Assembly: GCA_035650735.1 (NCBI GenBank)
Contig: DASRGZ010000142.1
Span: forward strand, 1-64,000
Length of the DNA: 64,000 nt
Direction: 5' to 3'
Origin: Chthonomonadaceae bacterium
Lineage (GTDB): Bacteria; Armatimonadota; Chthonomonadetes; Chthonomonadales; Chthonomonadaceae
The translations under genes were made by a program, and so were the position numbers. Of this stretch, positions 36,028-44,233 are shown piece by piece (the stretch's first letter is position 1; the number at the start of each line of letters is the position of its first letter). The notes beneath the pieces were generated by a model. That model saw only the letters and a list, made by a program, of their open reading frames with translations, was not told the DNA's origin and did no database searches.

Positions 36028-37473
36028 ATGCCTGAGGAAGTTATCAGCCAGCCTGCCATAGCAACGCTTCGCCCTGAAACGGCGTCTCAGCCGAGGGAAC
36101 GGCAGGCGGGATACCATATTATGACCTGGGGCTGCCAGATGAACGAGGAAGACTCAGAGCAGATGGGCCTCTACCTGGAGCAGATGGGCTACCGCCCGGT
36201 GAGCGATGCCGCTGATGCCGAGGTGGTGCTGCTCAACACCTGCTCCGTGCGCGCCAAGCCGGAGGAGAAGGTCTGGAGCGAGCTAGGGCGCCTGCGCGAC
36301 CTGAAGCGTGAGCGTCCGAACATGATCATCGGCGTGTGCGGGTGCATGGCGCAGGTCGAGAGCGCGGAGATCAAGCGGCGCGCGCCGCATGTGGATATGG
36401 TCGTCGGCACGGCCAATATCGCCTCCATCCCGACGCTGATTCAAAACCTCAAGGCGCAGCCGAGGCGGCAGGCCGATGGCGCGGGCCTGACGGCGCTGAA
36501 CCTGCCGCCGCGCAAAGGGGCCATCGTCACCGACATCCCGCTCCGGAATGTAGCGCGCACGCCCAAGCTCAAGGCGCACGTGCCCATCATGTACGGCTGC
36601 GACAAGTTCTGTACGTTCTGTATCGTGCCCTTCACGCGCGGACGCGAGCGCAGCCGGCCCACACAGGAAATCCTGATGGAGATCAACGGATTGGCGCGCG
36701 GCGGCACGAAAGAGGTCACGCTGCTCGGCCAGACCGTCAACTCCTATGGCAAGAACCTGCTGGAAGGCCGCGTGCCCTTCTGCGACCTCCTGGAGAAGAT
36801 CAACGCCATCCGGGGCCTACAGCGTATCCGCTTCACCTCGCCCTATCCGCGTGACTTCACCGACGACCTGATTGACGCCATCGGGCGGCTGGAGAAGGTC
36901 TGCGAGCACGTCCACCTGCCGCTCCAGGTTGCCGACGACGACCTGCTCAAAGAGATGCATCGCGGCTACACGGTGGCGAAGTTCCGCCAAATCGTGGAGA
37001 AGCTGCGCGCCTACGTGCCCGGCATCGCCATCACCACCGACATTATGCTCGGCTACCCCGGCGAGACGGACGAACAGTACTACAACACCATGCGCTTTGT
37101 CGAGGAGATACGCTTCGACTCGGCGTTCATGTTCGCCTATAGCCCTCGCCCCGGCACGAAGGCGGCGGCGCGCGAGGATCAGCTTCCGCATGAGGTCAAA
37201 ATCGAGCGGCTTAAGGGCCTGGTGGAGTTGCAGAACCGGATTACGGTCGAGATCAACAAGTCGCAGGTCGGGCAGGTGTTCGAGGTGCTGGTGGAGGGCC
37301 GCAGCCCGAAGGACAAGACCAAGCTCACCGGCCTGACCCGCCAGAACAAGACGGTCAACTTCCCCGCGCCGGAAGGTGGCTCGCGTCCCGCCGACTCGCT
37401 CGTCGGCAAGCTGGTACAAGTGCGGGCCGTTGAGGGGCATCTCTGGGGCTTCACCGGCCAACTTATGGAGTAA
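36028..37473 (+). CDS. miaB: tRNA-2-methylthio-N6-dimethylallyladenosine synthase
   Basis: TWGCQMN, LNTCSVR, GCMAQ, radical SAM motif GCDKFCTFCIVP, C-terminal TRAM domain. Start set downstream of the MITEs. Confidence 0.96.
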   Translation: MPEEVISQPAIATLRPETASQPRERQAGYHIMTWGCQMNEEDSEQMGLYLEQMGYRPVSDAADAEVVLLNTCSVRAKPEEKVWSELGRLRDLKRERPNMIIGVCGCMAQVESAEIKRRAPHVDMVVGTANIASIPTLIQNLKAQPRRQADGAGLTALNLPPRKGAIVTDIPLRNVARTPKLKAHVPIMYGCDKFCTFCIVPFTRGRERSRPTQEILMEINGLARGGTKEVTLLGQTVNSYGKNLLEGRVPFCDLLEKINAIRGLQRIRFTSPYPRDFTDDLIDAIGRLEKVCEHVHLPLQVADDDLLKEMHRGYTVAKFRQIVEKLRAYVPGIAITTDIMLGYPGETDEQYYNTMRFVEEIRFDSAFMFAYSPRPGTKAAAREDQLPHEVKIERLKGLVELQNRITVEINKSQVGQVFEVLVEGRSPKDKTKLTGLTRQNKTVNFPAPEGGSRPADSLVGKLVQVRAVEGHLWGFTGQLME

Positions 37474-37537
37474 GCAGGTTGATCCCGTTAGCCAGTTCAA
37501 AAAGGCCGCCTGAGTGTAGACAAGAAGCCCGACTAAG

Positions 37538-37680
37538 ACGCCCGGCCCTAAAGGACCGGGCTGTGGGCGGCAGGCCCCCTGAAGGGGGCTACTCTCCCCT
37601 CTGGTAGCCCTAGAAGGAGACGAACCCACCTCTCATTGATGGGGCTTGCCGTCCGCAGTCCACCCCTTGAGGGGTGGCTG
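37538..37680. repeat. REP-like multi-hairpin cluster, family 2, second copy
   Basis: GCCCGGCCCTAAAGGACCGGGC and GCCCCCTGAAGGGGGC; inverted relative to the 31450 cluster. Confidence 0.75.
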
Positions 37681-37702
37681 CCCGAAGATACCGTATACGC
37701 TC

Positions 37703-38473
37703 TTAGCGGACGCAGCCGGGATAGGTCTGGCCCTGGATAGGAAAATAGACCGGGCTTTCGCCTTCGCCTGTGTAGCGGGATCGGGCCGACATATAGGACA
37801 ACGCGATAGCCCGCCGCCAGTTCTGTGAGCGGTTGGGCGCGGTGTAGTGGGGCAGCAGGGAATGGAAGAACAGGCCGCTGCCCGCACGCATCGGAGCCAT
37901 CACCGCCTGCGCGGTATCCAGGCACGCCGGGTCAATCACGTAATCGTCGGTAACATAGATGTGCGGCAGCGGCTCCTTCTTGTGCCAGCCGGGAAGCACG
38001 ACCATGCAGCCATTTTCGGGCGTGGCGTCGTCCAGGGGGAACCAGCAGGAGCACAGGTCCATCGGTGCGATGGGCCAGTAGGGGGAGTCCTGGTGCCAGC
38101 CCTTCTGCGAGCCGACCTCCGGGGGCTTGAGCAGAAGGCTGTTGCGGAACATCTTGATGTCGGGGCCGAGGATCTGTTCCAGAATGCTGACGATGTTGGG
38201 GTGCGTGCCCAGGCGGCGAAACAGATCGTCTCCCTGCACTAGCCCATCTATCTTGCGGATGCCGTCGCCGGGATGGTCTACCGTCAGTTCTCCACGCTGG
38301 ACGCGCGGCTCGATCTGAATGGTGAGCTTATCGGTGGGCCGCCCACCGTGCGTATACTCCCGCACGCGCTCGCGCAAGGCGGCAACCTCCTCCGCCGTCA
38401 CCAGGTCTTCCATGACCAGATAGCCGTCCCGATGGTAGGCTTCGAGTTGTTCCGGTGTCAGACGCATAGGCAT
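37703..38473 (-). CDS. Phytanoyl-CoA dioxygenase family protein
   Basis: LKPP, WHQDSPYWP, LDDATPENGC..VLPG.H, FFHSLLPH...N...RRA. Confidence 0.92.
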   Translation of the reverse strand: MPMRLTPEQLEAYHRDGYLVMEDLVTAEEVAALRERVREYTHGGRPTDKLTIQIEPRVQRGELTVDHPGDGIRKIDGLVQGDDLFRRLGTHPNIVSILEQILGPDIKMFRNSLLLKPPEVGSQKGWHQDSPYWPIAPMDLCSCWFPLDDATPENGCMVVLPGWHKKEPLPHIYVTDDYVIDPACLDTAQAVMAPMRAGSGLFFHSLLPHYTAPNRSQNWRRAIALSYMSARSRYTGEGESPVYFPIQGQTYPGCVR

Positions 38474-38497
38474 AATAAGAGATCCTCCTGTTGCGTG

Positions 38498-39274
38498 TCA
38501 GGTCTGGGCGGCGGCGTGCGCGGCTTTCAAATGCGCCAGAGCCGGGCCGATCTCGGCGGCAAAATTGCGCCAGATACACTCGATGGAGAGGCGCGCGTCA
38601 TAGCCGGCCTGGCGCAGCGCCCGGAAGAAGGCCACATGATCGTAGGTTCCGGTTCCAGGAGCGTAGCGGCCCGTATCGGCAGTATGCGTGTGGGCGAGCA
38701 CGTCGGCGCTGGCGGCGATAGCCTCCAACGGATCGTTTTCCCATTCCATATGGTACGTATCGGCCAGGTTACGCACGCCGGGACGCCCGATCCGCCGCAC
38801 CAGTTCTGCCCCTTCGCGGACAGAGTTGAGAATATTGGACTCGCCCCGGTTCAGCGGCTCGACGGCCACAAGAACGCCGGTGCGGTCGTAGGCGTCGGCG
38901 CAGTAGCCGAGGAAATCCAGCAGTTGCCGCTCGGCCTGCTCGCGGGGAAAACCGTCCGGTATATTGCGCGCTCCCCCGCTGCCGAAGACGATCACTTTGC
39001 CGCCGACCTGCGCGGCGCGCGTCAGGGCGGTCTCCACATAGCGGCGCAGGCGGGTCGGATTGGCCTCCGGCCCAACGATCTTGCCGGTTCGGATGAAGGA
39101 GTTGAACGCCTCCGGCAGCAGCGGCATGGCTTCGATGGCCTGGCGCTTTCTGGCCCAGGCCGCGTCGTCTTCATTCGGGATCAGGTCGCCCGCAGCGGCA
39201 AGCTCAATATAATCGTATCCGGCTTCGGCCAGCGGCTTAGCCGCCTCTATACCTGCGCACACGCCAAATCGCAT
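38498..39274 (-). CDS. Sugar phosphate isomerase/epimerase (TIM-barrel, xylose isomerase-like)
   Basis: GYDYIE, FGSG, VEPLNR.E, DTYHM, H.H.AD..R..PG, SIE. Confidence 0.88.
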   Translation of the reverse strand: MRFGVCAGIEAAKPLAEAGYDYIELAAAGDLIPNEDDAAWARKRQAIEAMPLLPEAFNSFIRTGKIVGPEANPTRLRRYVETALTRAAQVGGKVIVFGSGGARNIPDGFPREQAERQLLDFLGYCADAYDRTGVLVAVEPLNRGESNILNSVREGAELVRRIGRPGVRNLADTYHMEWENDPLEAIAASADVLAHTHTADTGRYAPGTGTYDHVAFFRALRQAGYDARLSIECIWRNFAAEIGPALAHLKAAHAAAQT

Positions 39275-39305
39275 CGTCCTCCCCCTGTGGTTATCCTGAC
39301 CGGGA

Positions 39306-40124
39306 TCAGGCCCCCGAATACACGCGCTCGGCCCCGGCATAGACGTTCATAGTATCGCCGCGCAGGAAGCCGATGAGCGTCATGTTCAGTTCCCGCGCCA
39401 ACTGCACTGCCAGCGATGAGGGCGCAGACACGGCGCAGACCACCGGCGCCCCCGCGACCGCCGCCTTCTGCATGATCTCAAAGCTGGTGCGCCCGCTGAC
39501 CATCAGGATGCGCTCCGAGAGGGGAATACGCTCGGCCAGCAACTCCGCGCCCAGCAGCTTATCTACCGCGTTGTGCCGCCCGACATCCTCCCGCAGCACC
39601 AGCAGCGCGCCCTCTTGATCGAACAGCCCGGCGGCGTGCAGTCCGCCCGTTCTGGCAAAGACGCGCTGCGCGGCCCGCATCCGCTCGCTCAGACAGCGCA
39701 CCACGCCGACCGACACGCGGAAATCCGAGGCGGCGATGGGCGGCGCAAAGCACCGCACGGCCTCGATGCTCGCCTTGCCGCAGAGTCCGCAGCTAGATGT
39801 CGCCATGAAGCTGCGCTGCCAGCGCCCCCTCTCCTGATCTGGCCGCCAGTCGCCCGCCAGGTAGACGTTGACGATGTTCTGCAAATGGGGATTGTCGGGG
39901 TCGGTGCAGTAGGCCATCCCGCCGATGTCGTCTGCCGACCGGATGATGCCTTCCGTAAAGAGCAAGCCTGCCGCCAGAGCAAAATCATCGCCGGGAGTGC
40001 GCATCGTTACGGTCAGACTCTCGCCGTTGATCCGTATCTCCAGCGGCTCCTCCACCACGACGCTATCCACGCTTTCCCGCGCTGTATCTCCTTCCCAGCG
40101 CGTGATCGGCACCTCTGCCTGCAT
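39306..40124 (-). CDS. fdhD: Formate dehydrogenase accessory sulfurtransferase
   Basis: EEPLEI, MRTPG, SSCGLCG, TGGLHAA, REDVGRHNAVDK, SGRTSFE. Confidence 0.95.
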   Translation of the reverse strand: MQAEVPITRWEGDTARESVDSVVVEEPLEIRINGESLTVTMRTPGDDFALAAGLLFTEGIIRSADDIGGMAYCTDPDNPHLQNIVNVYLAGDWRPDQERGRWQRSFMATSSCGLCGKASIEAVRCFAPPIAASDFRVSVGVVRCLSERMRAAQRVFARTGGLHAAGLFDQEGALLVLREDVGRHNAVDKLLGAELLAERIPLSERILMVSGRTSFEIMQKAAVAGAPVVCAVSAPSSLAVQLARELNMTLIGFLRGDTMNVYAGAERVYSGA

Positions 40125-40347
40125 CCGTGAGGGTCTCCATGTTGGGAAGTATCTGTTGTTTCGCCAGGAAAGCGATTAATCCTGCACCGGCGGAGGCGTT
40201 TCGTTCTGCGTTCTCGCCGGATAGGGGAACGCGGGAACGCGAAGCCGCTCAGGGGAGTAGGATCAAGGGGTACGGGTAAGGGAGAGCGGCCTACGGCTGA
40301 GGAGCGGCATCGGGGAGCGGGAATCTGGAAATTGTGTATCCAGGTAT

Positions 40348-40376
40348 TTGACGCAGGGGCAACATCGCGCTATAAT
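40348..40376 (+). promoter_or_regulatory. Sigma70 promoter of the tRNA
   Basis: TTGACG-17 bp-TATAAT. Confidence 0.75.
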
Positions 40377-40420
40377 CTAGCAGGCCGCCGACTCTGGCGC
40401 TTCACTCACCACCGGGCTTG

Positions 40421-40494
40421 CGGGGGATAGCCCAACGGCAGGAGGCAGGGGACTTAAAATCCCTCCAGTGAGGGTTCGAATCCCTCTCCCCCGA
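40421..40494 (+). tRNA. tRNA-Leu(TAA) with short variable loop
   Basis: Acceptor stem CGGGGGA/TCCCCCG, discriminator A; anticodon arm GGGGA-CTTAAAA-TCCCT; T arm GAGGG-TTCGAAT-CCCTC; CCA not encoded. Confidence 0.9.
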
Positions 40495-40617
40495 TGTGTA
40501 GAGAGTAGGCAGTCGGCAATCGGCAGTTGGGAAAGCGTTTGTGCATGGCCTCTAACGCACCAGGAAAGCGTAGAGGCTTGCGTTTACGACTCCGCTTGCC
40601 GGCTGCCTGCTCCCGTT

Positions 40618-41682
40618 TTAAGATGCTTCCGGGTACGAGCCGAGGACACGCACGAACAGGGAGTGCTCTTTGAGCAGGTTGATCGCCTTCCACACCGACG
40701 TATCCTTGATGTGGCCCTGCACGTCAATATAGAAGACATATTGCCAGGGCTCTACCTTCGTGGGACGCGACTCGATCATCGTCAGGTTCACATCGTACTT
40801 CTCGAAGGCGTTGAGGGCGTGGACGAGCTCGCCGGCGCGGTTGTGAACGGAGAACATCAGCGAGGTCTTGTCCTTGCCGGTCGGCTCCGGCTCGTTGTAG
40901 CCCAGCACCAGGAAGCGCGTGCGGTTGGTTGGATTATCCTCAATGTGCTCGCACAGGATGGGCAGGCCGTAGCGCTCTGCCGCCAGCGTGGTGGCTATCG
41001 CGGCGCTCTCGGCGTCCTGTGCGGCCATCTCCGCTGCCCGCGACGTGCTGGACGCCTCGATCTCCCCAACATTGGGCAAGTGATTACGCAACCACTGACG
41101 GCACTGCGCCAGCGGCTGGAAATGCGAGTAGAGCCGTTTGATCTCGCCTAACGTCTGGCAGTGGGTCAGCAGGTTGTGGGTGATCGGCTGGTAGACCTCC
41201 GAGACGACACGCAGGTTGGAGCTCATAAAGGTATCCAGCGTCTCCGGCACCACGCCCGCCCAGGAATTTTCCACCGGCACCACGCCATAGTCACAGTGGC
41301 TGCGCTCCACCTGCGCAAAGACCTCCGCAATGCTCTCCACGGGCATGAATTGCGAGGAGTTGCCGAAGCGGGCGATGCTGGCCAGGTGGCTGAAGGTGCC
41401 TTCCGGCCCGAGGAAGGCCACGGCAAGCGGCTTCTCCAGCGCGCGGCAGGCAGAAATGATCTCCCGATAGATGGCGCGAATAGCTCCTGAATCCAGCGGC
41501 CCTTTATTTAAAGAAAGCAGCCTCTTGAATACAGTATGTTCGCGTTCCGGGGTAAAATAGTGGGAACGAGCGCTGGATTTGGCGTGGCCGATCTGCTGGG
41601 CCAACTCCGCCCGGCGGTTCAATAGCTGAATCACCTGCTCGTCAATCTTATCTATCTCTTTGCGCCATTCAGGCAAACTCAT
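40618..41682 (-). CDS. pheA: Chorismate mutase/prephenate dehydratase (P-protein)
   Basis: R.EID.ID chorismate mutase domain; FLGPEGTFS, VPVENS, NRTRF, ACT domain NLTMIESRP. Confidence 0.96.
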   Translation of the reverse strand: MSLPEWRKEIDKIDEQVIQLLNRRAELAQQIGHAKSSARSHYFTPEREHTVFKRLLSLNKGPLDSGAIRAIYREIISACRALEKPLAVAFLGPEGTFSHLASIARFGNSSQFMPVESIAEVFAQVERSHCDYGVVPVENSWAGVVPETLDTFMSSNLRVVSEVYQPITHNLLTHCQTLGEIKRLYSHFQPLAQCRQWLRNHLPNVGEIEASSTSRAAEMAAQDAESAAIATTLAAERYGLPILCEHIEDNPTNRTRFLVLGYNEPEPTGKDKTSLMFSVHNRAGELVHALNAFEKYDVNLTMIESRPTKVEPWQYVFYIDVQGHIKDTSVWKAINLLKEHSLFVRVLGSYPEAS

Positions 41683-41717
41683 TGTCGCGTCTCATCCTTC
41701 AAAAGGAGGTAACTATC

Positions 41718-41824
41718 TAACTCAAGTTGCTACCTTGCCTCTTCGAGAAGGCAAACGGTGATGCAAAAGCCGGTTTCCAGAGCGATTCTCTCTCAAACGT
41801 GTTCCTAGGTAGCAACTTGGGTTA
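41718..41824 (+). mobile_element. MITE family B, copy 2
   Basis: Identical to 35817-35923; TATCTA at both ends (41714-41719 and 41823-41828). Confidence 0.88.
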
Positions 41825-41883
41825 TCTACTCTGGCGACTTCAGTTTACCCCATGCGCGGGCATTTTGCCTGCGGTGACTGCTC

Positions 41884-41976
41884 TCAGTCCCTGTCTCCCT
41901 GCTGTCAGGGACAGCTGTGCATCGTAATTGCCGGCGTCGGCCTGTTCCGTCAGTCCCTGTCTCCCTGCTGTCAGGG
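41884..41976. repeat. Two 27-bp direct repeats
   Basis: TCAGTCCCTGTCTCCCTGCTGTCAGGG at 41884-41910 and 41950-41976. Confidence 0.85.
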
Positions 41977-42070
41977 GCAGGGCCGTCATGGATCGCAAGG
42001 AACGCCGCGCTCGTTGGCCTGTCACAATTACAAAACAGGGCGGTTGTATAACATTTAAGGAAGAAGTAAC

Positions 42071-42934
42071 ATGGCTCGTGGCGGTTGGTTTCGCCGCGGT
42101 GCGCGCAACGGCACCGCGCAGGCGAACGTACCCGAGGGATTATGGACCAAATGCCCGCGCTGCGGCGAAATCCTGTTCGCGCGGGATGTCGAGCGCAATC
42201 TGAAAGTCTGTCCTAAATGCGATTACCACTATAAGCTGCGCGCCCAGGAGCGCCTGGAACTGACCGTGGATGAGGGCAGTTTCCAGGAGATAGACGCGCA
42301 GGTCACCTCGCGCGACCCGCTGCAATTTCCCGACTACGCCGAGAAACTGGCCCGCGCCCGCGCCAACACGGGGCTGACCGACGCTATCCTGACCGGCTAC
42401 GCCCGCATCGAAAACCGCCCGCTTATCATTGGCGTCGCCGACTTCAGCTTTATGGGTGGCTCGATGGGCAGCGTAGTCGGCGAGAAGATCGTCCGGGCGA
42501 TGGAGCGCGGGGCGCAGGAGCGCCTGCCGGTGCTGCTGATCACAGCCAACGGCGGCGGCGCCAGGATGCAGGAGGGCCTGTTCTCCCTGATGCAGATGGC
42601 CAAGACCAGCGCGGGCGTGGCACGTCTGGATCGGGAGGGCGTGCCCTATATCGTCCTGCTGACCGATCCGACCATGGCGGGCGTCTACGCCTCGTTCGCC
42701 TCGCTGGGCGACATCATCCTGGCCGAGCCGGGCGCCTTGATCGGGTTTGCGGGGCGGCGTGTGGGCAATCAAGACCTGGGCGTTAAGCTCCCGGAGGACT
42801 TTCAGACTTCCGAGTTTCAGTTCCGCTGCGGCATGGTAGATCGGATCGTGGCGCGCAAAGAGATGCGAAGCACGTTAGGCAAAATCCTGGCTTTCTTCGC
42901 GGAGGACGGTGTCCATGCTCAGCAACCCGCTTGA
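42071..42934 (+). CDS. accD: Acetyl-CoA carboxylase carboxyltransferase beta subunit
   Basis: LWTKCPRC...CPKC zinc finger, FMGGSMG, GGARMQEG, AEPGALIGFAG. Confidence 0.97.
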   Translation: MARGGWFRRGARNGTAQANVPEGLWTKCPRCGEILFARDVERNLKVCPKCDYHYKLRAQERLELTVDEGSFQEIDAQVTSRDPLQFPDYAEKLARARANTGLTDAILTGYARIENRPLIIGVADFSFMGGSMGSVVGEKIVRAMERGAQERLPVLLITANGGGARMQEGLFSLMQMAKTSAGVARLDREGVPYIVLLTDPTMAGVYASFASLGDIILAEPGALIGFAGRRVGNQDLGVKLPEDFQTSEFQFRCGMVDRIVARKEMRSTLGKILAFFAEDGVHAQQPA

Positions 42935-43958
42935 TTTCGAGAAACCCATCGCCGAATTGGACAGTCTCATCGCCGAGCTTAAACAGGTAGCTAAAGACCC
43001 GCACGTACGGGAGGACGCGAAGACGAAAGGCATAGACATCGAAATCCAGATTGCGGAATTGGAGAGCCGGCGTGAGCAGTTGATACGCCAGATCTTCTCC
43101 GACCTGACGCCCTGGAACCAGGTCCAGATGGCGCGGCATCCGCAGCGGCCCTATAGCCTCGATTATGTCCGCCTGATCTTCGAGGACTTCCTGGAACTGC
43201 ACGGCGACCGCGTGAATGCCGACGACCCGGCCATCATCGGCGGGCTGGCCCGCTTCCAGGGTGAGCCGGTGGTGGTGATCGGGCAGCAGAAGGGCCGCGA
43301 CCTCAAGGAGCGGCAGTATCGCAATTTCGGCAGCGCGCGTCCCTCCGGGTTTCGGAAGGCCCTGCGCCTGATGAAGCTGGCAGAGAAGTTCAATAGGCCG
43401 CTGATCATCTTTGTGGATACGCCCGCCGCCGAGGCGAACCTGACGGCGGAGGAGGAGGGCATCAGCCAGGCGATTGCGGTGAACCTGCGCGAGATGATCG
43501 GGCTGCGGGTGCCGATAGTGGTGGCGATCATCGGCGAGGGGGGCAGCGGCGGCGCGCTCGGCATTGCCGTCGGCGACCGCATTCTGATGCTGGAGCACGC
43601 CATCTATTCGGTTATTCCACCGGAATCGTGCGCGGCCATTCTCTGGAATGACCGCAGCCGCGCGCCTGAAGCGGCCGAAGCGCTTAAGCTGACCGCCCGC
43701 CATGCCCTGGAGTTTGGCCTGATAGATCAGGTGCTGCCGGAGCCGCTGGGCGGGGCGCATCGGGATCTGCCGACGACGGCGGCGACCCTCAAAAAAGCCT
43801 TTGCTCGGCATCTGGCCGCGCTCGGGAAGATGACGCCCGAAGAGCTCCTCCAGGCGCGCTATACCAAGTTCCGCTGCATGGGCGAGTGGGAAGATACCGC
43901 CCTCTCCCGTGCGGCGCAGACAGCCTCCGAGAAAACCCCGCGTAAGCCCAAGAGTTAG
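42909..43958 (+). CDS. accA: Acetyl-CoA carboxylase carboxyltransferase alpha subunit
   Basis: LDFEKPI, ARHPQRP, ELHGDR, GEGGSGGALGI. Alternative start ATG 42915. Confidence 0.97.
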   Translation: MSMLSNPLDFEKPIAELDSLIAELKQVAKDPHVREDAKTKGIDIEIQIAELESRREQLIRQIFSDLTPWNQVQMARHPQRPYSLDYVRLIFEDFLELHGDRVNADDPAIIGGLARFQGEPVVVIGQQKGRDLKERQYRNFGSARPSGFRKALRLMKLAEKFNRPLIIFVDTPAAEANLTAEEEGISQAIAVNLREMIGLRVPIVVAIIGEGGSGGALGIAVGDRILMLEHAIYSVIPPESCAAILWNDRSRAPEAAEALKLTARHALEFGLIDQVLPEPLGGAHRDLPTTAATLKKAFARHLAALGKMTPEELLQARYTKFRCMGEWEDTALSRAAQTASEKTPRKPKS

Positions 43959-44160
43959 AGAGGGGAGACCTCTCCCCCGGCCCCTCGTTTAGGGTGTAGG
44001 GGATAGGGTGTGGGGAGTAGGGTCGCCCTCACCCCCAACCCCTCTCCCGGCGCTGCGGGAGAGGGGAGAGACCTCACTTCCAGGCTCTTCCGTTCTGCCT
44101 TATCTCCCCTCATCCCCGGCCCTTCTCCCTCCAAGGGAGAAGGGAGAGCAGAAGCCGGGG
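43958..44160. repeat. Composite REP-like palindrome with short TAGGG heptamer run
   Basis: CCCTCACCCCCAACCCCTCTCCC...GGGAGAGGGG modules. Boundaries approximate. Confidence 0.75.
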
Positions 44161-44233
44161 TTTTCCCGCCCACGCAGGCAGGCAGCGGGCCGTAGGCCCC
44201 ACAGCGGCAGGGTTTAGCCTGCCGGATATAAGG

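Noticed and set aside
40421..40494. tRNA-Sec or suppressor tRNA serving the nearby UGA codons
   Set aside because: Anticodon is TAA, not TCA; it has no long variable arm or extended acceptor stem.
41884..41980. Mini-CRISPR (repeat-spacer-repeat)
   Set aside because: Only two units, no CRISPR-like repeat termini, no leader or cas genes in the window.
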